The notes: generated by a model from the sequence alone, not told the origin. A DNA stretch of 64,000 nucleotides from Candidatus Caldarchaeum sp. (GCA_038831915.1 JAWBKB010000007.1:1-64000); one strand, 5' to 3'; shown: positions 29,537-40,130, numbered from the stretch's first letter. Translations and numbers: made by a program.

Positions 29537-30607
29537 CTATATATTATGGTTGACAATTCCTCCGCCTTCGACCTTGATAACTGCTTTTTCACCAATTCGC
29601 CCATTAACTTCAGCCTTTATCTCGAGTAGTTGTTTACATATTTCTATGCTTGTGACCGTGTGATTGGTCAAAGACGTGACCTCATAAGTTGACGTGCCTT
29701 CTGCCAATGCGGCGTAAATGACGAGCATGTCGCCGAGATGGAGGTCGACAGGCGCTTGCTGCTTTAACTCGTTTAGAAACATTAGAGCTGCTTTTTTTCC
29801 AACTGTTTCAGATGGAACTCCTTTTTCACCGAGCCGGTCTACACCGAGGGGCAGAGGCTGGCATTCTCCGCGGATGAAAATTCCCGCGCCAGGGTCGATT
29901 GCACATCGAGGGTCTTTCTCGTCGACTGCTTCCACTTTTGTCTCGACTTTTTCAACGCCGTTTTCTATCAAGGTCTTTTTGGATGATTCAGCCATACGCT
30001 GAGAAACGTGACCAGGAAGCCGCGATGTGTAGGCGTAGACAAATACTTTAGAAAGATGTGGAGGACCTGTGAACGTGAAGCTGTTTATTTTCTTCACCGG
30101 CTCGACCCATCCTTCGACGATTCCGCCCCCTCTGGGATAGAAGCCTCTTCGGGCCAGTTTCAGCTCTGAATTGACGTTTAGCCTCTTCAGCGATTCGAGG
30201 AAGATCTGTTGGAAGTATTCGACTGTGGGTGCGTTCGGGTTGTTGGTTCCGCCTTTTATTCGGAATGATGTTCGTGTTTTTCCGTAGAGGAGGACGGGTA
30301 GGAGCGATTGGAGTACGAGAGTTGTGCTCCCCGCGGTTCCCGTGTCGAGGTCGAGAAAGGTTTTCGAAATTTTTCCGGGAGTGAAAACTATTTCGGTTGA
30401 GCCGATGAAAGCATCTTTCACAGTTCCGTTGCAACATTCTTGAATCGCTCGGACCGCTGTTAGATGTTGATGCCTTAGCCCTGGGTTGCTCCGTTTCTTG
30501 CGGATGTTGTAGATGCGGAGAGGTTTTCCCGTGATTGCTGATATCGCTAACGCCACCCGAAGAACCTGTCCACCGCCCTCTCCAATAGCGCCGTCGAGTT
30601 CAATCAT
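29537..30607 (-). CDS. rtcA: RNA 3'-terminal phosphate cyclase
   Basis: GEGGGQ, PGLRHQH, RGFYPRGGG, VDLHLGD. Confidence 0.94.
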   Translation of the reverse strand: MIELDGAIGEGGGQVLRVALAISAITGKPLRIYNIRKKRSNPGLRHQHLTAVRAIQECCNGTVKDAFIGSTEIVFTPGKISKTFLDLDTGTAGSTTLVLQSLLPVLLYGKTRTSFRIKGGTNNPNAPTVEYFQQIFLESLKRLNVNSELKLARRGFYPRGGGIVEGWVEPVKKINSFTFTGPPHLSKVFVYAYTSRLPGHVSQRMAESSKKTLIENGVEKVETKVEAVDEKDPRCAIDPGAGIFIRGECQPLPLGVDRLGEKGVPSETVGKKAALMFLNELKQQAPVDLHLGDMLVIYAALAEGTSTYEVTSLTNHTVTSIEICKQLLEIKAEVNGRIGEKAVIKVEGGGIVNHNI

Positions 30608-30692
30608 TGCTACCTTTTCAACGATTCGACGTTAATTAACGATGACGTGAACGTTAATAAATTACCGTCCGGATTTCTGCGTGGGAAAATGC

Positions 30693-31298
30693 ATGGCTGC
30701 CCCACTTTACTACCCTGGTGCGACCACTATCGGAATTAGGGGAAAAGACAGCGTGGTCATCGCCGCTGAAAAAAGATTCGCATATGGCTATTTCGTCATG
30801 TCGAAACAAGCTCGGAAAGTTTTTAAAATCACCAACTATGTCGGCGCGGCTTGCGCAGGAGTAATGGCCGATATGCAAAACATAATCAAAGAGGTCACGG
30901 CGGTAGCGAACCTTTACCGGCTTGAGCAAAATGTCGAACCCAGCGTCAGAACAATCGCGAAAATTCTTTCATGGAATCTTTTCGGCAACCGATATTTCCC
31001 CTATTTCATGGAAACCATTGTCGGCGGGGTCGATTCGCAAGGCCCACACGTTATAGTGCTTGACCCGCTCGGCTCGATGATTGAAGACGATTATGCGGTC
31101 GTCGGCTCGGGAGCAGAAATCGCAGTGGGTGTAGTGGAAAACCTTTACAGAAAGGACATGTCTGCCTCAGAAGTTTACGAACTGGCCATGAAAGCGATAA
31201 AAGCTTCGATAGCGAGGGACGCCGGCAGCGGCAACGGAATAGACATCCTACTATACAACAGCCAAGGGCTAAAGGCCGAAGACACCATAACTCTGTAA
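30693..31298 (+). CDS. psmB: 20S proteasome beta subunit
   Basis: Short propeptide then GATTIGI, AAEKR, GSG, RDAGSG. Confidence 0.93.
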   Translation: MAAPLYYPGATTIGIRGKDSVVIAAEKRFAYGYFVMSKQARKVFKITNYVGAACAGVMADMQNIIKEVTAVANLYRLEQNVEPSVRTIAKILSWNLFGNRYFPYFMETIVGGVDSQGPHVIVLDPLGSMIEDDYAVVGSGAEIAVGVVENLYRKDMSASEVYELAMKAIKASIARDAGSGNGIDILLYNSQGLKAEDTITL

Positions 31299-31353
31299 GT
31301 CTTCTACCTTTTGTGAACAGACTTATAAATTCCCATAACGGCGACATGATAAA

Positions 31354-32085
31354 GTGCCAAGCCTCTCTCTCCGTGAAAAAGTGCTCATCTACCTTGCCGA
31401 AGCGGGCGGAATAACGTCAAGTCTCAAGATCACTACACCAATCTTGTCAAAACATTTCGGCACATCTCAGCAGTCTGCATCTCGGCTTCTCATAATTCTG
31501 GAGAAAGAAGGACTAATAGAAAGGAGAGTCGTGGGTAGGACGAGCTACGTGAAGCTCACGTCCAAAGGTGTTGGAAGGCTGCTCGACCTTTACCTGACTT
31601 TGAAGATGATTTTTGAAAGGCCGGTGAAAGTCGTGCTCGAAGGAAGAGTCTTTTCAGGCTACGGCGAAGGCTCCTACTACATGAGCATCCCAGGCTACGT
31701 AAAACAGATGGAGGAAAAGCTTGGATTCATCCCCTACCCGGGAACGCTCAACATAACGCTTCTTTCAAAAGATTCCATCGAAAACAAGATGTTCCTCCAA
31801 CGTCACGCTGACATCGAAATATCCGGTTTCAAAGACGAGCACAGAACATACGGTAACGTAAAGGCCATTCGTGTGATGCTGAACGAAACGGAGCCCGCTG
31901 TGATGGTGTTTCCAGAAAGAACGCTTTACGATAACTCTGTCGCCGAACTCATTTCTCAGTACAATCTTCGTGAAAAACTCGGATTGACCGATGGAACGCT
32001 GGTGAAAGTTTCCGCCGTCCTACCGCCGAAAATTTTCTACGAAGGCTTCAAGCCCAAAGTATCAGTCCCTCAAACGCCTACGTAA
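31354..32085 (+). CDS. ribK: CTP-dependent riboflavin kinase with N-terminal HTH
   Basis: SQQSASR HTH, SGYGEG, PYPGTLN, ELIS..LRE. Confidence 0.92.
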   Translation: MPSLSLREKVLIYLAEAGGITSSLKITTPILSKHFGTSQQSASRLLIILEKEGLIERRVVGRTSYVKLTSKGVGRLLDLYLTLKMIFERPVKVVLEGRVFSGYGEGSYYMSIPGYVKQMEEKLGFIPYPGTLNITLLSKDSIENKMFLQRHADIEISGFKDEHRTYGNVKAIRVMLNETEPAVMVFPERTLYDNSVAELISQYNLREKLGLTDGTLVKVSAVLPPKIFYEGFKPKVSVPQTPT

Positions 32086-32511
32086 AATTTTCCTCAAGAC
32101 ATCGCTGCTGCTCATCGGATTGACGTTATACCTCCTCAGCCGAACTATTTTCACATCGATTCCTTTTTCTCTGCAGAACTTTTCAAATTTTTTCCTTATC
32201 TTGGTTTGGTCATAACCAAACGCGACGATATCTGGCTTGACTTTTTTCAAAACTTTTTCGAAAGACAGCGGTTCATACCCGACCATTACTTCGTCGACGG
32301 GCTTTAGGTATTGCAGCATCTTTTTTCGGTCTTCGGCGCTAAACACGGGAGGCCGTTTTTTGTTTTTGCGAACAGTTTGGTCTGAAGCAACTACGACGAC
32401 AAGCTTCGAGTTTGGCCCGCCTACTTTTTTCGCGTCGGCCAGCATTTTCATGTGACCGAGGTGAAGAATGTCAAATGCTCCGGTCGTCAACACCACTTTC
32501 CGCCTCACCAT
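32062..32511 (-). CDS. ribL: FAD synthase (archaeal cytidylyltransferase-like)
   Basis: GAFDILHLGH, PDIVAFGYDQ; adjacent to ribK. Confidence 0.85.
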   Translation of the reverse strand: MVRRKVVLTTGAFDILHLGHMKMLADAKKVGGPNSKLVVVVASDQTVRKNKKRPPVFSAEDRKKMLQYLKPVDEVMVGYEPLSFEKVLKKVKPDIVAFGYDQTKIRKKFEKFCREKGIDVKIVRLRRYNVNPMSSSDVLRKILRRRLRD

Positions 32512-33521
32512 GTGAAATCCACCCTTTTGAGAAAACGTAGGGCGTCTAACAGTCCTTCCGCGTAGCCAATCGCCAGTAACGCGTTCTGCAAATCATCTCT
32601 TTCCATGAAGGCTTCAACGTCGTCTACGTAATTTGAAACATATTTAATGTATTCATCGAGACCGGTTGTTCCGGAGACTTGATGGATTATCCGGCGACAT
32701 TTTTCAACGTACCCACGAACACGTGTTTTCGCCGGGTTGTTTTCCACGAGCTTACCTACAACAGCCGCTTCTCCGTATGTTGACAACGATTCCTGCTCGG
32801 TGAAATGAAGTTTCGCAGGCACTATGATGCTGTGGGGAGGCGGCGGAAACATGCTTTCGGCCAAAAACTTCAAAGTGGATACCTTGATTTTGAAGTCGGG
32901 AAAGCCTATACGGGCCAAACCAATCGCCACCATGTCTTCGTTAAGCCAGCTGAGCCGTTTTCGCTCGGATGCTTTAAGCAAGTTTTGGACAGCTTCGCCT
33001 ATGGTGAGACCGCCTTCAGCCGTGTCAAGCAGCACAAGCGAATGAAGACCGTTTGACAGATTCTGCTCCAGCACATCGAGAACATACCCAAGCTGATCCA
33101 AATCCGCATTTTTAGGAATTGTCGAAATTTTTCCGAACTTGTACGCGTGAAGCCCAGACCTGCTGATGGCAGCGGAAATCACGGAAACTCCGTGTATAAT
33201 CTCAACTTCGACTCTTTTGCGATGTGCAAGAGTTCTTATGGCGTTGTGAGTGGTCGCGATGAATGGGTCGCCTGGAACCAGAATTCCGACTCTTTTCTCA
33301 CCTGCTTCACCGATGATTTTGTGAACGTTGTCCTCGAGAAGCTTTCGGTCAGCGTAAACCAAATTTGGCACGATTTTCTTCAGCTCTGTGAAGAAGTCTT
33401 CAGACCAAACGCTCGTGTAAACATCGACGTAAACGATTTCACATTTCTTCAAAGCTTCAACGGCTTCAAGCGACATGGTCCCGAAGTATCCCAAACCGCC
33501 GCCGATGAACACCAGAGTCAT
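32505..33521 (-). CDS. dph5: Diphthine synthase fused to C-terminal DUF357-like domain
   Basis: YTS, GDPFIATTH, YKFGK, GLHSLVLLD, LHFTE; C-terminal AIGYAEGLLDALR. Confidence 0.9.
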   Translation of the reverse strand: MTLVFIGGGLGYFGTMSLEAVEALKKCEIVYVDVYTSVWSEDFFTELKKIVPNLVYADRKLLEDNVHKIIGEAGEKRVGILVPGDPFIATTHNAIRTLAHRKRVEVEIIHGVSVISAAISRSGLHAYKFGKISTIPKNADLDQLGYVLDVLEQNLSNGLHSLVLLDTAEGGLTIGEAVQNLLKASERKRLSWLNEDMVAIGLARIGFPDFKIKVSTLKFLAESMFPPPPHSIIVPAKLHFTEQESLSTYGEAAVVGKLVENNPAKTRVRGYVEKCRRIIHQVSGTTGLDEYIKYVSNYVDDVEAFMERDDLQNALLAIGYAEGLLDALRFLKRVDFTW

Positions 33522-33559
33522 CCGCGTTAATGATAAAATCATCGGTCTTTAAAGAGCGT

Positions 33560-34612
33560 ATGGCTTTGAAGGCTGTTGTTTTTGCCGCCGGCTACGGCAA
33601 AAGGCTGAGACCCCTAACCGTGAACAGGCCTAAACATGTTCTGCCCATCGCCGGCAAACCGTTGGTGAAAATCATCGTCGAATCGCTTGCAGAAGCTGGT
33701 GTGTCCGATGTCGGAGTTTTAATCGGATACCACGGTGAATTTGTTCGAAAATCTCTAACCGGAGTTAAGCAGCCTAGGCTGGATTTTATTATTCAGCAAC
33801 AACTGCTCGGCACAGGGGCGGCGTTAAAGGAATGCCGACAGTATCTTGAAGGCGAGGAATTCTTCTTCGTGGTCTACGGCGACGTTACGGTCACCGCCGA
33901 TGTTTTGAGAAAGCTTCGCAAAGAAATGGAACAAGAGAGATATGACGGAATGCTTGCAGCCGTCAAAACAACAGAAACAGCGAGGTTCGGCATCGTCGAA
34001 ACCCAAAACAACAAACTCATCAAAATCAGGGAAAAGGAGAACAAACCGGGCCCTGTGAACGCAGGCATCTACATCCTCAGCAGGGAAATTTTCCCGATTC
34101 TCGAGACCATCGGCTTTTCACCACGTGGAGAAATCGAGCTCACAGACGCTGTTAACAAATACGTTGAAGGAGGAAAAGTCGTAGGAGTGGAAGTCTTCGA
34201 AGGAAACTGGTGGTTCGACGTCGGGAATCCATCCGACTACCTCAACGCGAACAGATTTTTCATCCAAAAAATTCACGGGGGAAAAATCGTCATGGAACCC
34301 TGCGTCACCATAGGTGATGGCTGTGTTTTAAAGGGTGCTGTCTTCCTCGGCGAATCCGTCACATTTGGAAAAAACTGCAAAATTGTCGGGCCCACCATGA
34401 TCATGGCGGGTTCGAAAATAGACACGGGAAGCCTTGTCTCGGAGTCGGTGGTTCTTGAAAACTGCTATGTCGGCAAAAACTCTTACTTGAAAAATTCAAT
34501 CATCTGTGAAAACAACGTGTTCCAACAAGGTGTTGAAGTCGTTTCAGAGGGCTTGCCCGCCTTCGTTTCCGAGCCCGGGGCCCTGTACAAACAAAGGTTG
34601 AAGGTTGTTTAA
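33560..34612 (+). CDS. Sugar-phosphate nucleotidylyltransferase (RmlA/GlmU-like) with LbH tail
   Basis: AAGYGKRLRPLT..PK, EK, SPRGEIELTD, WFDVG. Confidence 0.88.
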   Translation: MALKAVVFAAGYGKRLRPLTVNRPKHVLPIAGKPLVKIIVESLAEAGVSDVGVLIGYHGEFVRKSLTGVKQPRLDFIIQQQLLGTGAALKECRQYLEGEEFFFVVYGDVTVTADVLRKLRKEMEQERYDGMLAAVKTTETARFGIVETQNNKLIKIREKENKPGPVNAGIYILSREIFPILETIGFSPRGEIELTDAVNKYVEGGKVVGVEVFEGNWWFDVGNPSDYLNANRFFIQKIHGGKIVMEPCVTIGDGCVLKGAVFLGESVTFGKNCKIVGPTMIMAGSKIDTGSLVSESVVLENCYVGKNSYLKNSIICENNVFQQGVEVVSEGLPAFVSEPGALYKQRLKVV

Positions 34613-35176
34613 AGCGCTTCGGGCGAGCAGCTTCGCCAACCTCACAGGCTCCGGATAACGACCGTTCACCAGAAACTTGTCCAAAACCTGTTTCGCATCT
34701 TCCGTGTCGACGCCAAAAACGCGGACAAACACGCTGTATCCCGTTTTGAGCTTGAGCGGTGTTCTTTCCCCGTTGGAAAGGTGGACGTTTAATCGGGTTT
34801 CCCAATCTTCTGGAAACCTTTTCCGAAACACCTCGTCGAGGCCTTTCGATTCGCGGTAGCTTAGGCAGATGAGAGGAGTTTCGACTTCTCGATACAATTT
34901 GTTCAAGTCGATGACGTTGAACCAGCTTATCACGCTTCCGCTGAGCAGCACAACGTTGATGTCTTTCCGTTCAAGCCTTCTCCAGAGTTCTATGACTTTC
35001 TCGGTTGAATCCATTCCGCCAACTGTACATGTCGCAAACCCGAAACCATCAACCAACAAGTCAGACCGCATAACGACTCCTGCTATCACCGCTTTTGAGC
35101 CTATTTCCTTCCTAAAGCTTTCAGCAAGCCCGATGGCTCTAATTCCTTTTTTGCCCGTCCTAACTCTATTCGGCAA
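34544..35176 (-). CDS. DUF99/UPF0215 family (endonuclease V-like) protein
   Basis: IGLAESF, TVGGMDST, SWFNVID, YPEPVRLA. Confidence 0.8.
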   Translation of the reverse strand: MPNRVRTGKKGIRAIGLAESFRKEIGSKAVIAGVVMRSDLLVDGFGFATCTVGGMDSTEKVIELWRRLERKDINVVLLSGSVISWFNVIDLNKLYREVETPLICLSYRESKGLDEVFRKRFPEDWETRLNVHLSNGERTPLKLKTGYSVFVRVFGVDTEDAKQVLDKFLVNGRYPEPVRLAKLLARSALNNLQPLFVQGPGLGNEGGQAL

Positions 35177-36110
35177 GAGACTTCACGACCACCGTCCAAG
35201 CCAACGCTACGTTGGTCGGGTTGTATCCACCACCTCCCATGGCCAAAATTTTTCCATCACATTTCACTTCAGCTATTTTCCGGAGCGAAGCTGCGGCGTA
35301 GTGATGAGCTTCAGGCGAATACTGTAGGTTGGTTAGCGGGTCGCCCATCAACCCGTCAGCACCGCACTGAAGCAGCAGAAAATCAAAATCAAACTTCATG
35401 AGAAATTCTTCGACTTCCTTAAACGCCTTGAAAAATTCCTCATCGCCTGAAAACGGCAGCAAAGGAATGTTCAGCTTAGTTCCTTTTGCTTCGCCTTCGC
35501 CGTCTTCGTTCCTGAAACCCGTGCCTGGATATAGTGTTCTGCCGTCTTGATGAATGTCGGCGAAGATAACTCTTTTGTCGCGGTAGAAATCGTAGCACAC
35601 CCCGTCTCCATGATGAGCGTCGATGTCCACATACGCGACACGTCTCAACCCTTCCTTCTGAAGCAGAAATTCGATGGCTACTCCCGCGTCGTTGAAAATA
35701 CAGAACCCGCCCGCCCGGTCTCTTCTTGCGTGATGGAGACCGGCAACAGGGCTGAAAGCGGAGGCGAATTCGCCGTCAAGAATTTTTTTCAAAAGCTTCA
35801 TCGTTGTTCCTACAACGTAGGATGAAGCTTCAAAACAGCCAGGAAATGCAGGTGTGTCGCCGTAGTCGAGATATCCTCGACCGGCTTTACATTTTTCCAT
35901 CACAAATTCAACATAGTCTTTCGTGTGGTAGAGAAGAATCGTTTCTAGGTCCGCGATGGCTGGCTCAACAAAAACCATGTTCGGCAGGTTTGGCTTTTCT
36001 TTTTCGATGTTTTCATAGAAAGCTTCGAGCCTCATTCTTCCAAATGGATGAGGTGCAGGAAAGGTGTACTTGAACAGTTCAGGGCCTTTCGCTACTGCTA
36101 TTTTCTGCAT
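35166..36110 (-). CDS. Histone deacetylase family / AcuC-like protein
   Basis: GLHHA, GFCIFND, DIDAHHGDG, YPGTG, GADG..DPL, GGGGY. Confidence 0.93.
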   Translation of the reverse strand: MQKIAVAKGPELFKYTFPAPHPFGRMRLEAFYENIEKEKPNLPNMVFVEPAIADLETILLYHTKDYVEFVMEKCKAGRGYLDYGDTPAFPGCFEASSYVVGTTMKLLKKILDGEFASAFSPVAGLHHARRDRAGGFCIFNDAGVAIEFLLQKEGLRRVAYVDIDAHHGDGVCYDFYRDKRVIFADIHQDGRTLYPGTGFRNEDGEGEAKGTKLNIPLLPFSGDEEFFKAFKEVEEFLMKFDFDFLLLQCGADGLMGDPLTNLQYSPEAHHYAAASLRKIAEVKCDGKILAMGGGGYNPTNVALAWTVVVKSLAE

Positions 36111-36169
36111 CTACATCTATTCGTTCAGCCAGGATACTTTTATACCATTTTGATTTTAGGTCATGTGGC

Positions 36170-37261
36170 GTGCACCGGGTTGTTTTATTCGTCGATTTGG
36201 ACTATTTCTTCGCCCAAGTGGAAGAAGTGGAGAACCCCTCTTTACGGGAGAGGCCCGTGGCCGTCTGTGTTTTTTCGGGAAGAACGGAGGACAGCGGCGT
36301 CGTCAGCTCAGCCAACTACTTGGCGAGAAAATTAGGCGTCAAAGCAGGCATGCCAATCAAGGCCGCGAAACGTCTCCTCCCCGGAAACGCAACCTTCATC
36401 CCGGCCCGGCTAAGCTTCTACATGGAAAAATCTCGAAAGATAATGGATATCCTTCGGAGTTTTGGAGGAGTTCTGAGAGTTGAAAGCGTTGACGAAGCCG
36501 TCATCGACGCAACTGAGATAGTTAACCGTGATTACGCGAAAGCAGTTCAGCTCGCTGAGGCTTTGAAGAAACGCGTTTACGAGGAAACGGGGTTGACGTG
36601 CAGCGTCGGAATAGGGCCCAACAAGATTGTGGCGAAGATGGCCGCTGATTCATGCAAGCCAAACGGGTTGAAAGCAGTATTCCCTGACGAAGTTCCATCT
36701 TTTCTGGCAAATTTGCCTGTGAAAGATTTGCCGGGAATAGGCGCCAAAGCAGAATCTCTCCTCGCGGAATACGGCGTTAAAACTTTATCAGACCTTGCTA
36801 AGCTCGAGCTCGATTTTTTGGAAAAGCTTTTCGGCTCAAAAAAAGCGAGATATCTTTACCTCGCGTCTCGAGGCCTGTTCGACGAAGCAATAACGGAGAA
36901 GCAGCCACCCAAACAGATTAGCAAAATTATAACCTTAAAGCAGAACACTCGTGATTTGGAGGAGATTATGCAGGCCTTGGAAAGAGTGGTGGAAGAAACC
37001 AATGTCAAGCTTGAATCTTCAGGATATTTTGCGTCTCGCGTAGGTTTGATAGCAATTACTTCCACGATTAAGACTGTTACACGTCAAGCAGAGATCAAGC
37101 CTGGAGCCAGAGCGGACGAGCTCCTCCGCGTCCTCGAGAAAATGGTTAAGGAACTTTTGGAGAAGGATGAAAAACTCCTTATCCGCCGAATCGGTGTGCG
37201 TTTTTCCGATCTGCAGCAAGCAACTGGACAAACACGGCTGAATGTTTTTGTTGGGGAATGA
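36170..37261 (+). CDS. dinB: Y-family DNA polymerase IV (DinB/Dbh)
   Basis: VDLDYFFAQVE, ANY.AR, SVDEA, KPNG, PGIG. Confidence 0.94.
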   Translation: MHRVVLFVDLDYFFAQVEEVENPSLRERPVAVCVFSGRTEDSGVVSSANYLARKLGVKAGMPIKAAKRLLPGNATFIPARLSFYMEKSRKIMDILRSFGGVLRVESVDEAVIDATEIVNRDYAKAVQLAEALKKRVYEETGLTCSVGIGPNKIVAKMAADSCKPNGLKAVFPDEVPSFLANLPVKDLPGIGAKAESLLAEYGVKTLSDLAKLELDFLEKLFGSKKARYLYLASRGLFDEAITEKQPPKQISKIITLKQNTRDLEEIMQALERVVEETNVKLESSGYFASRVGLIAITSTIKTVTRQAEIKPGARADELLRVLEKMVKELLEKDEKLLIRRIGVRFSDLQQATGQTRLNVFVGE

Positions 37262-37674
37262 AGTTGTTTAGAAAGGTTATCGCCAAAACCGAATTGATTC
37301 GTTTTCTAAAATTCAGCATAGTCGGCGGCATCGGACTTGTCGTGAACACAGTGGCTCTCTATCTTTTGACGACGTTTGTTTTTGGAGAAAGATTGTACCT
37401 TTTCGCCGCCGCGTTAAGCCTTGAAATCTCTATCATCAACAATTTTCTCTTAAACGAATATTGGACTTTTCGTGACAGAACTGCCGGCGGAGGATTTTTT
37501 ACAAGGATGGTGAAATTTCATGGAAGCCGCACCGCCGGGTTCTTCACAACCCTCGCTGTGCTGTTCGTCTTGACGGAATGGTTCGGCGTCTTCTACCTAG
37601 TATCAAACATTGTGAGTGTTCTGGTCGGCATGGCCATAAATTATTTGACCAGTAACTACTGGGTTTGGCAATAA
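37258..37674 (+). CDS. GtrA family flippase-like membrane protein
   Basis: KFSIVG, NNFLLNEYWTF, 4 TM helices. Confidence 0.9.
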   Translation: MKLFRKVIAKTELIRFLKFSIVGGIGLVVNTVALYLLTTFVFGERLYLFAAALSLEISIINNFLLNEYWTFRDRTAGGGFFTRMVKFHGSRTAGFFTTLAVLFVLTEWFGVFYLVSNIVSVLVGMAINYLTSNYWVWQ

Positions 37675-37686
37675 GCCGCTTATCGC

Positions 37687-38316
37687 ATGGCTTATATACA
37701 CGTTGGCCGCCATGTTGACGTGGTTAAAGAATCGGCGACCAAAAAAGTCGCTCTGGCTTCAGCGTTGAGCGCGCTCGGAATCGTGATTTCACCGCTGTTT
37801 TTCGAATGGCTTGGAACACGGGCGTTTCCAGGCCAGCATTTCATCAACGTTCTATCAGGCGTTCTGCTGGGACCTGTTTGGGGAGCGTCGGTCGCGATCA
37901 TCATAGGCACTGTGCGGATAGCCATCGGCACCGGGACGCTTTTCGCCTATCCAGGTGGAATACCCGGAGCGGTTCTCGTCGGACTAGCCTACATCATGTT
38001 AAGCCGCGTATACAAAAGCAGGTATAAGTATTTGGCAGCGTTGGCAGAACCTGTCGGAACCGTGTTCATCGGTGGAACAATCGCTTTAACGATAGTCGCT
38101 CCACATCTGGGACCCGCCGTGGGACCAGCTGCAACGATGCTGCGAAACGTCGAAACGCTTGGATTTTTCCCCGCCTTACTGATTCTATGGGGCGGATGGG
38201 CTGTCAGCTCAGTCATTGGTTCTTTAGCTGGCTTGATGTTCCTCGCCGCAGCCGAAAGATACGGGGTTATATCAAGGGCCGTTGCAGTAAGAAGTCAGCG
38301 AAGCGATGAACGTTGA
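37687..38316 (+). CDS. thiW: ECF thiazole transporter S component ThiW
   Basis: AFPGQHFINV..GVLLGP, GTLFAYPG, EPVGT; true start may be GTG 37718 region. Confidence 0.88.
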   Translation: MAYIHVGRHVDVVKESATKKVALASALSALGIVISPLFFEWLGTRAFPGQHFINVLSGVLLGPVWGASVAIIIGTVRIAIGTGTLFAYPGGIPGAVLVGLAYIMLSRVYKSRYKYLAALAEPVGTVFIGGTIALTIVAPHLGPAVGPAATMLRNVETLGFFPALLILWGGWAVSSVIGSLAGLMFLAAAERYGVISRAVAVRSQRSDER

Positions 38317-38854
38317 CCAATTCGTCGGAAAGAAAACACTCATCGTCGGCGAAGCAGGTTCTGGAAAAACTAGGCTCTTGGCTCAGCTGCTTAAAGAACT
38401 GATAGGAATTTCCGAGCCTTCCCAGATATCCGTCATCGACCTCGCGCCTGAGAAAATCTCGGGGATAGGAGGGCCACTGTCGCTGTATGGCGATTTTTCG
38501 AACGTGAAATATTACAGGCCTGAACGGGTTTACGCTCCCCGCCTGATGGCATGTAACGCCGAAGACGTCAAGCGATATGCTGAAAGCAACGCGAAATTGG
38601 CCCGCGAACAATTTCAAAAATATCTCAGAAACCCCACCAAAATGCTGGCAGTAAACGACATCACGATTTTTCTACACGCAGCTGAAGTGGAAGAACTCCT
38701 CCAATATATTCAGAAAGCGTCGACCTTTGTCGCAACGGCATACATGGGTGAAAAACTCGTCGAGGACTTTGGCACCGGCCTTTCACAAACGGAGAAATCC
38801 AAACTCATGAAGCTTATCGAGAAAGTTGACCAAGTCATCAGGCTTAATTCATAG
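38306..38854 (+). CDS. Small P-loop NTPase, function unknown
   Basis: GEAGSGKT Walker A; LAVND Walker-B-like. Confidence 0.7.
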   Translation: MNVDQFVGKKTLIVGEAGSGKTRLLAQLLKELIGISEPSQISVIDLAPEKISGIGGPLSLYGDFSNVKYYRPERVYAPRLMACNAEDVKRYAESNAKLAREQFQKYLRNPTKMLAVNDITIFLHAAEVEELLQYIQKASTFVATAYMGEKLVEDFGTGLSQTEKSKLMKLIEKVDQVIRLNS

Positions 38855-38871
38855 AAAACATATCACAATCT

Positions 38872-40116
38872 ATGCAGGTCGTCGTCTTCGAAGACGAAAA
38901 AACCTTTGACCTGTGGCCGTTGACCGCAACCCACCCTGTATACGACCTTTTTCTCGGAACATCAACTCTTCTCGAAAAAATCGTCAAACATTTACCACAT
39001 GACGCACTTGTCCATCTATACACGCGAGGCTTGTTGGCGAAAGTGGTCGCGGAAAAAAATCAAAAACATCTTGTGAACATTATTCCAGAAGACGGGGAGA
39101 TTTTGTTTGTAAATGGAAGGCTTGTCGCTGACTCATCTATCATGACCGTTGTTTTGAGTCTACGCGCTGGACAGGTCTTGAAAAGCGGTAATGAAGTCGT
39201 CGCCGCTAAACTCAAGCATTCGAGAATTGTTCCAGAGTTTTGGTCGGCTTTAGCGGGCTGTGTTCCATCCTCGCAGTTGATTGCGTTGGGCGATGAGTTG
39301 AAGGAATGTAAAGCTCGTCTCGTTTCTCGTTTGTGGGATTTAGTAGAGTTCAACCGTGAGTGCATCGTCTCCGAAGCCAGTGGTCAGCAAGTGAAATCCA
39401 ACGTCAAAGGACTGGTTTACGCAGTTGGAAACATAGATGTGGATGAGAAAGTTGTTCTCGACGGCAGGCCAGGCCCAATCCTAATAGACAGCGACGTCAC
39501 GATAGAATCTTTCTCGAAAATTGTTGGGCCGTGCTATCTTGGTAGAGGAACTAAGGTTTTCTCGGGTTCGGTGATTGCCGGTAGCAGTTTCGGCCCCGTG
39601 TGCCGTGTTGGCGGCGAAGTCGAAGACTGTGTTTTCCAAGGATATTCCAACAAAAGACATTACGGCTTTGTCGGGCACAGCATAATCGGGGAGTGGGTGA
39701 ACATGGGCGCTGGGACGACAGTCTCCAACCTCAAAAACACCTACGGCACGGTCAAAGTAAAGCTACGAGAAGCACGCGTTGACACAGGGAGGGTTTTTCT
39801 CGGGTCGTTTTTCGCTGACCATGTGAAGACCAGCATCGGATGCATGGTTTCTGGCGGAATAAAAATCGGCGTTGCGAGCCATGTTTACCGTGAAGCTGTG
39901 ACCGACGTGCCTTCTTTTTCGATTCATGCTCTGCATGAGGAGGTTGAGTTGGAGTTGGAGTCTGCCATCAGAACAGCGGTGAGGATGATGGCGAGAAGAC
40001 AAGTCACGCCTTCCACAAATTACATCGAAATGTTAAGAAAGCTGTTTGAGGAAACTGCTGCGGAGCGAGAACAGGCGGGGGTTAAACGACTAAGGTTCAG
40101 CTTTTATAACGCCTGA
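38872..40116 (+). CDS. Putative sugar nucleotidyltransferase/acetyltransferase (GlmU-like)
   Basis: LWPLT, LFVNGR, hexapeptide repeats, SNKRHYGFVGHS..GEWVN.GAGT..SNLKN. Confidence 0.83.
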   Translation: MQVVVFEDEKTFDLWPLTATHPVYDLFLGTSTLLEKIVKHLPHDALVHLYTRGLLAKVVAEKNQKHLVNIIPEDGEILFVNGRLVADSSIMTVVLSLRAGQVLKSGNEVVAAKLKHSRIVPEFWSALAGCVPSSQLIALGDELKECKARLVSRLWDLVEFNRECIVSEASGQQVKSNVKGLVYAVGNIDVDEKVVLDGRPGPILIDSDVTIESFSKIVGPCYLGRGTKVFSGSVIAGSSFGPVCRVGGEVEDCVFQGYSNKRHYGFVGHSIIGEWVNMGAGTTVSNLKNTYGTVKVKLREARVDTGRVFLGSFFADHVKTSIGCMVSGGIKIGVASHVYREAVTDVPSFSIHALHEEVELELESAIRTAVRMMARRQVTPSTNYIEMLRKLFEETAAEREQAGVKRLRFSFYNA

Positions 40117-40130
40117 ACAAGTATAACAAC

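Noticed and set aside
30630-30641. Palindrome CGTTAATTAACG between rtcA and psmB
   Set aside because: Single AT-rich occurrence in a divergent promoter; cannot be supported as an operator
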